A stretch of 64,000 nt of DNA. It comes from Octopus bimaculoides. Lineage: Eukaryota. The translations under genes were made by a program, and so were the position numbers. Position 1 is the first letter of the stretch. Each line of letters opens with the position of its first letter. The notes under the pieces are model-generated. The model searched no databases and was not told where the DNA came from. It was given only the letters and a program-made list of their open reading frames with translations. Location of the stretch: positions 123,490,091-123,554,090 of the forward strand of contig NC_068985.1 in NCBI RefSeq assembly GCF_001194135.2, read 5' to 3'. Positions 1 through 12,300 of this stretch are shown here, in pieces.

Positions 1-259
1 GATAAATCTCTCCAATTGTTTGGAATATGAATGGTATCCTTAAATTTCTGTTTCATTTAATTTATCCTGTCGTTATTATTATTTTCATTCTTAGCAAAAC
101 CTATTAAGCAACACTAATAATAAATCAAAGAACATAAAAATAAACAAGCTTTTGATGGTTTTATAGATATTTCAAAATTATGATTCTATGATGCTAGGTG
201 TTTCCATTATTTTGTCCAACCCTTGTATACATGAACAAGGCAGTGTCTTTAGTGTCGGT

Positions 260-570
260 GCCATGATAAATGCACCCTGTATACACCGTAGTCATTGGTA
301 AATAAGCAGAGAAGGTGTCGTTTTGTGAGATCCTTTTATTCCTGTGTTGCTAAGGACTACTCAACCTCTCTGAAATTGGTACCATGAGAAAATGTATCCA
401 GTATACTTTGTAATACAGTTGGTGATTGGAATTGCATCCAGCCATAGAAACTAACCAAAATAGCATGTGTGAGCACACCGGTCAATGGGAATGATGGTTC
501 TCAAAAAGAAATGACTTGGTCTGTGATGATCGGTCCAGTATATACTAGCGTGGAAAGTGATGATATTATA
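260..570 (+). mobile_element. Degenerate RTE-type 3' end / RTE-related short element
   Basis: gtgccatgataaatgcaccc and gttggtgattggaattgcatccagccatagaaac resemble the ggttggcgttaggaagggcatccagccgtagaaac motif of better copies (2620-2850); ends near gatgat. Confidence 0.5.
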
Positions 571-880
571 CCATCATGACAATTCTGGGTAATTAATGAT
601 TCCTTGAGATTATCTCCCTTTTTTGTTCAGAGTTTGTTGCAGTTGCCACTAGATGTTTGTTTTATCTTTGCTTGAAGTGAAGATAATTTCTTCCGTCTTT
701 GTAGCCCAGATTCATGCCACTCACTTCTCTCAGCTCATTTTCATTGTCTGTCTGTCTGTCTGTCTGTCTTTCTCCCCACTCTCTCTGTATGTGCATGTGT
801 TCATGAATCAATACTTCCTGGTTATGGATCTATGATTTTGTGAGACTAACAGATGCCACAGATATATATATCCTTAACAG

Positions 881-1017
881 ATCTTTCACATTATGATAAA
901 ATGGTCCTTACCTATTTGGATGATAAGAAACCTTGTTACATACTATATCGCTTGGATACAAAAAATAACCTTGGATATGAATGGCTCTTTATTGCTTGGT
1001 CTCCTGACTTTTCACCG
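881..1017 (+). CDS. TWF1: Twinfilin exon (first in window): (D)[45 protein letters not shown]
   Basis: Acceptor ttaacAG at 879-880, donor GTaagt at 1018. In-frame TAA at 847-849 limits upstream extension. Alternative acceptors at 852 or 861 cannot be excluded. Confidence 0.88.
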
Positions 1018-3622
1018 GTAAGTATTATCATTTTCAGTTTAAATATTTTACTGAATTCTTTGTTTCTGTTCAGGGTTTGAATTTCTCTCAGGTCAACTTT
1101 AGCATTCCATACGTTCAGTGATAATAAAATGTCTACAAGTAATAAAGAAGGGTTGATTCAAAAATTTGTTTCTCATCCTTACCAAATTCGTAGTCTTTTG
1201 TCAAGGTGATGTGTTGGTAGAATCATTAGATCATCAAAGAGAGTACCTATGATTTTTATGTTCTGTGTTCAAATCCTGCCAAGGTCAACTTTTGCCCCGA
1301 CCAGGATTAGTAAAATAACTACTCATCTAGTAGTGAGGTCGATATTATTGACTGTTCTCTCTCTGCAAAATTTCTGGCTTTGTGTTTATGTAAGAAGTTA
1401 TTATTTGGCAGAATTGTCAGAACACCAAACAATATGTCTTGAAGTATTTATTCCAGCTTTTTAATGTTCTGAATTCAAATCTCACTGAACTCAACTTTGT
1501 TTTTCATGCTTCTGGAGTTGATAAACAAAACCCCAGTACTGGGGTTGCTGCAATATAACCCCATTCCTAAACTGCTGGCCTTGTGCCTAAATTAGAAACC
1601 ATCGTCATCATTATGTTAATGGTTGGATAGAATTATTAAAGACAAGAATCACAAGTAGATTATTGCTAACAGTTTTCATCAGTAGCAGACATTGCCTAAT
1701 TAACAAATGCTGACAAATGATCTTGCTGTGCTGAGTTCAAATCTTTCAATGAGACTGTAGCATAAGAAATACTCTTATAATTACAGGCTTATATAACCAT
1801 TTCTATCACTACAGTTCTAAAATGGATCCATTGTGTATAAGTAATTTTGGCCCCCTTTCTCGAAGACAAATAAATATTACTTTATGGTTTTCCCATAAAC
1901 ATTTCATAAATGTTTACTGTTGAGATTTCTATTCTTTTTTCATTTTTTCTTTTTTTCATTTTTGTTTTGATGACTTTCCTCTCATTTAGGTGCGCGAGAA
2001 AATGGTATATGCTGCTACACGGGCAACCTTGAAGTCTGAGTTTGGCGGAGGTGTAATAAAGGAGGAATTATTTGGTACAGTTGAAGTAAGTTACAATTTT
2101 CTATGGAAATAAAATCCACCACCATTATTATCGTAGTCTCTCTTTGCTATCTTTTCTCTTTCAACTTTAGTCAGGTGGAAGAAGCTGTCCCATAACTGTT
2201 GTACATTCTCTACAGCTGTTATTTTGGTGTTGTTCATTTTCAACTTTAACTGCTACAAGTCAATAAAGGTTGCCAGGTTGAGCTAAAAGTAATGGGTTAT
2301 GCTATTTTTCAGGGTTACATGCTACTATTTGTTAATAGTAGCATGGTCATGTTTCACCACCTCATCCCATGTCTTCCTGGGTCTCCCTCTTCCCTGGGTT
2401 CCTTCCACTGTTAGGGAGTGACACTTCTTCATACAGCTCTCCTCATCCATATGCAGCACATGACCATGCCTCTATGGCAAGACACCTGTTTCTGTCTCTT
2501 TCATCATCTAACACAAGATCACCACCTCCAATGCCTCCTCTCCTCTCAAAATTCCCTGTCTTGCAAGTTACTTGGCGACCCTGCTGGTACTGGTGCCACG
2601 TAAAAAGCATCCAGTCCCCACTGAAGTGGTTGGCATTTGAAAGGGCATCCAGCTATGAGAACCATGCCAAAACTGACCCCACCTGGTCTACTCTGTGAGG
2701 TGGTTGATGTTAGGAAGGGCACCCAGCCGTAAAAACCATGCCAAAACACACACGAGTATGGTACAGTCTTCTACCTGGCTGGCTCTTGTCAAACTGTCCA
2801 ACCCATGCCAGCATGGAAGGCGGACATTAAACAATGATGATGATGATGATGATATATTTATATATATATATAGTTATTTTAGGTTACTTTCTAATGTCCA
2901 TTATTTTCTGAAAGTGTCATGCTACTACTTTTTATGAAATTCAGAGGCAGAGTGAAGATACTGCATGTCTGGGTTAGCAGTTAGAATATGCTGATAGAGT
3001 GAGATCATGCCAATCAGTTTGATGACTTTCTTTTGGATAGTCTTGGATTTTCGTATGTGCAGTAGCTGCATTGTTTCAGATGTGGGTATAGTAGAGCCAG
3101 GTTAGTCTTTGGGATGCAGTTTTTTTTCTTGTAGATGTAAGATTACCAAGGGAGATCATTAGTGATGCTAAGACTTAGTATTTAATATGATTTTAGGGGC
3201 TCTAGTTCTACATCACTTTTATAATAATCTTTCTCTTCTAACCCATTGTTGTTACAATCTCTCTCTCCAACCTCACTATTATCACAGTCTCTCTCCCACT
3301 ATTGTCTTAATCTCCTACCCTTTGATGTCACTGTCTCTTCCCATATCTTAGTTGTTACTGTCTATCTCCCATCCAACTGTTGTCAGTGTTTCCCCCTAAC
3401 CATATCTTTCTGTCACCTCACTATTGTTGATTTCTCCTCACCATTGTCAACAGTCTCTTCAGCCTCACTTATCAAACTCCTCCAGCTTTGGTGTTTCCAC
3501 AGTTTATTTCACCACTCCTTAATAAAGCAAATTCTGTGAAATTTAAGTCTTATCTTAGACACACTAACATAATATTATAATATTTCTCTTCCTCTCTTCT
3601 CATTTTGTTATGTGTGTGTGTG

Positions 3623-3675
<53 letters not shown>

Positions 3676-5667
3676 TTGTCACCGCTTGTATTTAAGTAAA
3701 TGATGAAGGAATTAAAGTTAAAGGAGTGATGAAGAGGAGGCTAGAGTAATAAGTTCAAATGTCATCATTAACATCCCAACCTGGGATCAAATACTTATCA
3801 ACTTTACATACTTTAATATTTTTAGGATGATATTTCTTTGAATGGCTTTCTGAAACATATAGAATTCCAAAAGGCACCTGCTCCATTAACGTTTGCTGAG
3901 GAAGAGCTAGAAATTATTAAGAAAACTGAAGTAAGTATTTTTGATCTTCAGCATTGTCAGGCAGTTTGTTTCTTACTGTTTCTTTTCATATCTTAGGCTT
4001 GTTCATATTTTCAGTGTTGGTTTTTTTTCCTTTAAACTTTTTAAAATTATTTTTCTTACTTTACATTTATTTATTTTTTTTTCTTGCTAGAATGGATGGA
4101 AATTTTCTTTTGTTACATGCTGCTTAAAGATGTGTGGCCTAAGAGTTAGGGTGTTGCACTCATGATCTGGCGATTGTGGGTTCATTTCCTGGATTGGGTG
4201 GTGTGTTGTGTTCCTGAGCAAAACACTTCATTTCACACTGCTCTAGTTTAGTGTGGGAACCAGCATATCAGAGAAGAGACCCAGCATTTCCTCTGTGTTT
4301 TGTAAAGAGCAGCTAAAAGAGGTTGAGGAAGGGCTTGCATTTTGACCTCATAAAATCCTTATCAACAATGACTACCCAATTATTGGAGGGTTATCACCTG
4401 AATAGTGCAAAGGTGTAGGGAATTGCCAACAAATGATGGATGCAGTGATGCACTTTTGCAATGATGCTCTGTTGCTGTAATGCACTGTTGCAGTGCATGA
4501 ACCCATACTACTACCGTTACATGCTGCTTGTGTTTGCAGGAGATGTGCAATGAGTTTACATTGTGTGTATAGTGATTATGTTTTTTTTACTGCTGGAGAC
4601 AAGTTAAGTGCGACAACTTTGGTGCATGCCAGTGCATTGCTGGTGAATGAAGTTTGAATATGAAAAGTTAGGGAGGAATGAAGTGAGATCATCTGTAGAG
4701 GAGTGGATGTTGTAGGTGGTGGGGAAAAGGTCATTGATGTAACAGCAGAATGATTGCACATTGGCTGAGGCCTTTAATGCTTGGCTGTTTTCTCTCAGGT
4801 ATATAATATCTCTCTCAACAGGTATATAATATCAAGTTGATATTACATACCTGTTTTTCTTCACACTACATTGACTTTCAACGTTAGCTATTCAAATGAG
4901 ATTTCTATGCAATAACTCACCTATTAGAAATAGTAGCCAAATCTCTCTCAAAGTTCACCCCTCTGGCTAAAATAACATTGGATGTTGTAGTTTTATCTGT
5001 ACTATACCTAAAACAATAGGAAGGTTACAGCTGGAATAACAACATTACATATTAGGTATTAAATCTTCATCATTGTTGTTGTTTTAATGAAGCAGATTTT
5101 CTGTCCGGATGTTCTTGACACCAAACCCTTACTTGCTTTTCAAGTTATGTATTTTATTTTTTTCATTCCACTGACCATCATGTGTCTGATACACTTTGGG
5201 AAGATTTGTTCACTGAAGATAGTAAACGATGTCATCGTCTTTCACTTAGATGATGTTAATGATGACATGCTGAATCGAAATTTATGCTCTCTCTCTCTCT
5301 CTCACACACACATACACAAGGTTGATCAAATGGATATACCCTGATGGAGCTGCACCAAGGTTGCATTTTCAACAGTGAGTAGTCGCTGCAGCAGAAACAC
5401 GTGCAGGTCATTATAATATGCTGTATATAACTATACAATACATTTTGTGGATGTAGAAGCCTCCATACTCTTTATTACTATTAATATTGATATATACTCC
5501 AGAAAATTTTTACCATCTTGCGAAGAGTACACAGAATTACCCATTGGAAGAATTCACAGAGCGATTAACAGCTAACTGTAATCATAGTCATTAGATACTA
5601 ATCGTTGTGGTTAGCTATTGACTGGAACTTAACTGAGAGCTAATATGGTATCTACCCAGATATTATA

Positions 5668-5761
<94 letters not shown>

Positions 5762-8048
5762 GCATACACACATGTTTGAATGTATATGTGATAGGCGTCC
5801 TCATATTTTCTGTTTATCAATTTTACTCACAAAGCATTTGTTGGCTCAAGGATACAATTGATGATGTTTGTCCAAGATGCTGGACAGTGAGATTCAACTT
5901 GAAACCCTGTAATTGCAAAGCAAGCTCAACTACACAACTGCCTTAACCTAAGCATTAGTTATGTCATATCAAATCTCAGTTTCATTTGATATGTAACAAG
6001 GTTATTTTTATAAACCTGGGGATATTGTTGATTAAATTGACCCCAGTGTATTACTGTTACTTGATTTGTTGAACATGGAGAAACTATAGGCAAAGTCAAG
6101 TCTAGTATGTAGTATGGTATTGCTGATGAGATATGATCCAAGGATATGTTGTTACTTAGCCTTTGAGCAGACCTGTGATGATCAAAATTCAAATTGTGAT
6201 CATTCCTTATTTTACTCAGGTACAATACTCTCAGGAACACTACCCAATCCATCTTGTTTTAAGACTGTAGGGTGTGAAAAGCAGGTGATTTGGCTACTAG
6301 TTCTAGTAAATCGAGTGACATATATTAGGCAAACCCTCTCAAATGTAAGGACATACAGATAGGCAAAATAACATAAGTGTTATTTTCAGGCTGGCTGAAC
6401 TCTTGCTTTTGAGTTATTTCCCTTAGCTCATATTTCTTTTTAATTATGCATATATTATTGAGGTTGACGTCTCGCTAAACGTGTCAGCAACCCCTACAAT
6501 AATATATAACAATTTCTAACTTTGGCACGAGATCTTGGAACTAAGAAGAAGTGTGTTTGATTTAATCAGCCCTGGTACATGACTGATATTTCTTTTTTAT
6601 TGATCTTGTTAGCATGAAGAGCAGGCTTGGTTGTGTAGTTAAGAAGTTTGCTTTGCAACTATGTGGTTTTGAATTTGATTCCATTGCATGGTATCTCAGA
6701 CGAGTTTCTGAGGTAGGTAGACATTTCTGGAAACTCAGTGGATGAAGAACTGCTCTTGCTTTTGGTTTGGTGGACATAATCCACCTAACTGGCTTCCCAG
6801 GACTTGATGTTTCTTGCTGAATCCACTCAGTTGCAAGCATTCAGTGAAAGTCTTCGGTCTGAAGTTGTGTAAAAGAAAAAAAAAATAACCTCTGTTGATT
6901 CTTGTAGGGGTTTGAACTCTGAACATGGAGGAATAAAACTAAATATTATACGGCATTTAATCTGGTATTGTGCTTATACCGTGAATAGAGTGTTGACTAT
7001 ACCGGTTATTGTTTAATCTCAGTGATGCTCTGAATAAGAAGTCTTATGATGAAGTATATTTAGAACTACCTACATTGTTCATCATGTTTTTTCACTTTTT
7101 TAGGATTTTAGGGTGGGATTTCCAAAAGATTTGGTTGCTATTACTAGCATGTTGAATTACCATATAGAATCAGTGTTGCATGCAGGTAAATTCATACATA
7201 TTATATATGTCTGTTTTCTTTTGTTGTTAGGTGAATACTGATGTGAATATTGATACCAAGAATCAAACTATGCAAGGTCTAGCATTCCCTATAACAAATG
7301 ATTGTGTTGCAGCTTTGGAGCGCCTGAGGAATGGTTTAATAACTTATGTCCAGCTTGTAAGTATTTCATTTACCATTATTATCAACACCATGCACATATG
7401 TGTATGTGTGTATATGTATATATAATTATTAAAAAAAAAAACAAAGAAAAAAACACAAGGAAAAAACAACAATGCAAGGACATGGTACATGCAAAGTATT
7501 AAAAGATGCTCAGGGAAGGAAAGAAAGGGTGTTTTACGTTTTGAGCAAAGCTCTTCTTCAGGAACAGGAGACAGAGGAAAGTCCAAGAGAAAAGGAAGAC
7601 AGAGGAAAAACATCACCAATAATCCACATGTAGTTACATTTTCGTGTGTGTATATATATATATATATATGTGTGTGTGTATTCTTTTATTCTTTTATACT
7701 TTTACTTGTTTCAGTCATTTGACTGTGGCCATGCTGGAGCACCGCCTATTTTTTTTAGTTGAAGAAATTGACCCTTGAACTTATTCTTTGTTAGCCTAGT
7801 ACTTATTCTATCAGTTTTTTTTGTTGAACCACTAAGTTATGGAGATATAAACACACCAGTATTGGTTGTCAAGCAATGGATGGGGGACGAACACACACAC
7901 ACACACACATATATGATGGGCTTCTTTCATTTTCCTTTGATCAGCCTGCGGCTATAGTAGAAGACACCCAAAGTGCCATGCAGTGAGACTGAACCTGGAA
8001 CGATGTGGTTGAAAAGCAAGCTCCTTACCACACATCCACGCCTGCACC

Positions 8049-8081
<33 letters not shown>

Positions 8082-8082
8082 A

Positions 8083-8124
<42 letters not shown>

Positions 8125-9270
8125 TGAGAATGTGTGTCTGTCTGTCTGTATGTGAGCATCACTAAAACTTGAGAACTACCCAACCGATACATTATTTACA
8201 ATTGACGGATATTTGTCCTCATCTTGTTTGTTGTTAACACAACATTTCAGCTGATATACCCTCCAGCCTTCATCAGGTGTTTTGGGAAAATTTTGAACCT
8301 GTGTTCTCATTCCTAAGGTATTTTTCGATGTTGTTGTTATTATTGATTGTTGTTTTTGTTTCTTATCTTCAGAGTATTGATATTGAAAGAGAAAGAATTT
8401 GCTTAGAAACTGAAGCCGACATTGACGTCAGTTCATTACCAATGAAAGTGCCTGATAACCATGCCCGGTATCATTTCTTTATATTCAAACATACCCATGA
8501 AGGAGATTATTTAGAGAACATTGGTTTGTATGCCTTTCTTTTTCTTTTTTTGTTCTTTCTTTGTATGAGTGCAACTGTGTCTGTATGATGTTTGTATAAA
8601 CACACATACACACACACACACATATGCAACCCCATATCAATACAACTAAATTAGCCCTTTAACCCTCAATTTATTTTGTCAAATGTAATGCTTATTTATT
8701 TGCGTTCTTTTGAATTGATCAGGCATTATCTTGTAACTTCAAGATTCAATGATGTGATTGTTTATGTTTAGAACAACATTGTAGCATTAGTGTGAGAGGT
8801 TTGATATGGCTACTTTGAACATAAAACGGACATAATATTTGGGCCAGATAAGGCTGGTTTAAATGCTAAAGGGTTAAAGCATGCATGTAGCTGAAACCCT
8901 GGAAGCTGTGGTTTTCATCCAAGGAAAGTCTCTTTACAGGAAATTTTGTTCAAAAACACAATAAACTTCAGAACTAGGTGAAACAAAAATCACCTGTGAT
9001 GTGATTGCAAGAGCGACAGACACATTTTTTCTCATTATTGTGCTTTATTAATGTCATGTGGGCATGTCACTTCTGCAATAACATTGAATCAGCTAGAATG
9101 ATGTATATACAGATAGTGTATAAACTATACACTGGCTTGTAATGGCACTGCACTTGCAGAAATTCATATTATGCAATGAAAGCAGTTCTATAGTAAAAAC
9201 TAAAATATTTAATGTATGTGTGTATTTGAAACACTAGAAGCTGTGGTTTTCATCTGGGGAAAAATCCCTT

Positions 9271-9301
<31 letters not shown>

Positions 9302-12300
9302 TAACAACAACAACAACAATCCTCTCTACTGGAAATGCAAGGCCTCAAATTTGGGGGAAGGGATTAAATCAATTACATCGACCCCAGTGTGTAACTGTTA
9401 CTATTTAATTGACCCTGGGAGGATGAAAGGCAAAGTCGACCTTGGTGGAATTTGAACTCAGAACATAGCAATGGCTGAAATGCCGCTAGGCATTTCACCT
9501 GGCATGCTAATGATTCTGCAAGCTCACTGCCTTAATAATAATAATAATAATGTACCACAAAGTTTTTTTTGTCAGTGAATAAGTCATGATTTCAAAGTGA
9601 CAAAAATAATTTGACACAAATTAAATTTAAATGTTGAAGTGAAACTAACGGTTTTTGTGTATTCTTAAATGGCTTACAAACATCTTCCATGCTGCACTTG
9701 CTTTTGTTTCAGCACACAGTCTCAGATCAAGTCACTTGCTATGCAAGTACATCTCTGTAATAACGATAACAATATTGTGTATCATGCTCAGGTGCACTAC
9801 AACTCATCAAGGGTGCATGTATAATACATAGAATTATGTACAAAAGTCAGGAAAGTGAACAGTGTATGAGTCATACATATGTGCATGCATATGGAGGTGG
9901 GATATCAGGTGTAGCGTTGGCAAATTTCAGGAAGCATGGAGGGTTTAAAGGATGCAATGTTTCAGCAGCTGATCCATGCCCAGGAAAGCAAGGCGTTCAG
10001 TGTATGGTAGATGCCTGATGGTGGGTATTCACTTGGTTGCATCATCATCACCATTTAACATCTGTTTTCCATGCTGGCTTGGGTTGGACAGTTTGACTGG
10101 AGCTGGTAAGGCTGGGAGCCACACCAGGCTCCATTGTCTGTTTTGGTATGGCTTCTATGGCTAGAAGCCCTTCTAACATTAACCACTTTACAGAGTGTAC
10201 TGGTTGCTTTTTACATGGCACCTGCACCAGTTTCTTTTTACATGGTACTAGCACCAACTGGATTACTAAGTAACTTGCAAAACAGCCTCCTGCCTCTGCT
10301 GGGAGTAAGGAGTAGTCGTGAGATTTGTGCTTTGTGATAGTTGATGAGAGATTAGAGGTGTAGATGGACAAGGATAGGTGTCTTGCTGTAGAGAAATACA
10401 TGGATACCCCAGTTGGAAAAGAACGGATAGTGAGTTAGAGAGTAAGATAAAGAGAATAGGTTAGTTAGAGAGTAAAATAAAGAGGGATAGTGAGAGATGG
10501 TGGTGAAGATGTGTTGAGACAGGTGATAGTGGCAAATGATAGAGTAAATATAGGAGAGGATCAGGGCTGGGGGTGGGGTGCTGTTGATATGCGAGGGCAT
10601 TGGGAGTGAGAACAGATAAGCAAAGGTGTTAATAACACAAGAGAGAGAAGGCACAGAAAGGAGGTGATTGGCGAAGACAGTATGCAGGGAAAGATAATGG
10701 CGAATGGAAATGTTTCAGGTGTGGGAAGGAGGGTAACTGGAGAAAGCAGGGGGATGTAGTATGTGCTGTTTCTGCTCTCAGGTGATAGAGAAGTGATGAG
10801 CGTTCGGGGATGAAATGAGGTGAGAAATTATTGACAGAGCAGAAATGATGCAAGTATGTGTGGGGCAGAGCTCTCACAGACAAACATTACCAGGGTGGTT
10901 TTTAGGATATCAATTTTGCTGTGGTAGCCTTGAGTATAGCAAGGTGCTAGGTATCTCGATTGTTTCTCATCTTTGTGAGTTTGTAAGGCTTGGTGTCTTG
11001 ATCAACCTGCAATACTTTGTCTCATATCTTCCTTGGTCTCCCTCTTCCACAAGTTCCCTTTACTTTTAAGTGATTGGCACTTTATACAACTGTCCACATT
11101 CATAAGCATCATATGACCAAACCAGCGTAGTCTTCTCTCTTGCACATTGAATCTAATTCCTCTTTTGCTAACTCACAATATACTAGTTCTCTGTCACACA
11201 TGTACACTGACATTGCACCTCCAAGGGAGCATACTAGCTTCATTCTTTTCTAGTCTTCACATGTCTGCATTCAGAGCCCACATCTCACTACCATATAGCA
11301 TTGCAGTTTGTATACATTTGGTTGCTGACAGAAGTAAAAGTTCTCTCAATTTTCTCCATCCTAGTCTTATTCAAGCAATTACACTTTCCATACATCCTCC
11401 TCCACTGCTAATTAGGTTCCCTAGGACCTAATTAGCAGAAATTATCCACAATCTCTCTGGGGCATTTGAGAAAAAATCAATTTCCTGTGTATCTGTACAC
11501 TTTATTGCTCTTGTGCATCTTCCACATACAAGCACTTCTTTCTTGGTTAACCTTCTTATTATTCCACTATACCTCTTGTGTGTCCATAGTTTGCACTGAG
11601 TACACCATATGAAATTCCTGCATACACTCTTCCTACATATCAAACTGGGTCATTTACCTGAAGTGGGTAAGGTTCTGTCTGTTTTCTTGTTAACTAGAAC
11701 CTTGGTCTTTGCCAAGTTAACCTCAATGCCTTTTGACTCCAGGTTTTGCTTCCATGTCTGGAATTTCTTTTCTAGTTCCATTGTAGAATCTGCTATGAAA
11801 GCAAGATCATCAGCATAGAGCAGTTCCCAGGGGCAGCTGGTCTTGAACAGACGTGGAGGACAATGATGAAAAGGAAGGGACTCTGAGAACCAAACCCTAA
11901 TTTCATCACTTTACTCCTGTTTAACTCTCACCTTACTGTCATTTTACTAACAGACCCTCTGAACATGGCCTGTACATCTTTCACAGGCCACTTGTCTACC
12001 CCTAGCTTCCTCAGAGCCCACCATATCACTCAATGGAGTACTCTGTCAAAGGCTTTCTCCAAGTTAAGAAAAGCCAAGTCCAATGGTTTATTCTTTGTTA
12101 AATACTTCTGAAGTTGTCTGACTTTGAGGATAACATCAGTAGTGCTTCTCCTTGGCACAAATTCAAACTGCATTTCAATTAATCTGATTCTGTTCCTAAT
12201 TGATTGGGCTATAACTCTTTTCATAACTTTGATGACCTGGTCCAGCTATTTGATGTCTCTGTAATTACTTCTATCTCAGACATCTCCCTTACCCTTGTAG

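Noticed and set aside
549-588. Possible micro-exon (ag|cgtgg...ctgg|gtaatt) supplying the missing twinfilin residues
   Set aside because: In-frame TGA at 561-563 in the required phase, and the sequence lies in an RTE-type relic.
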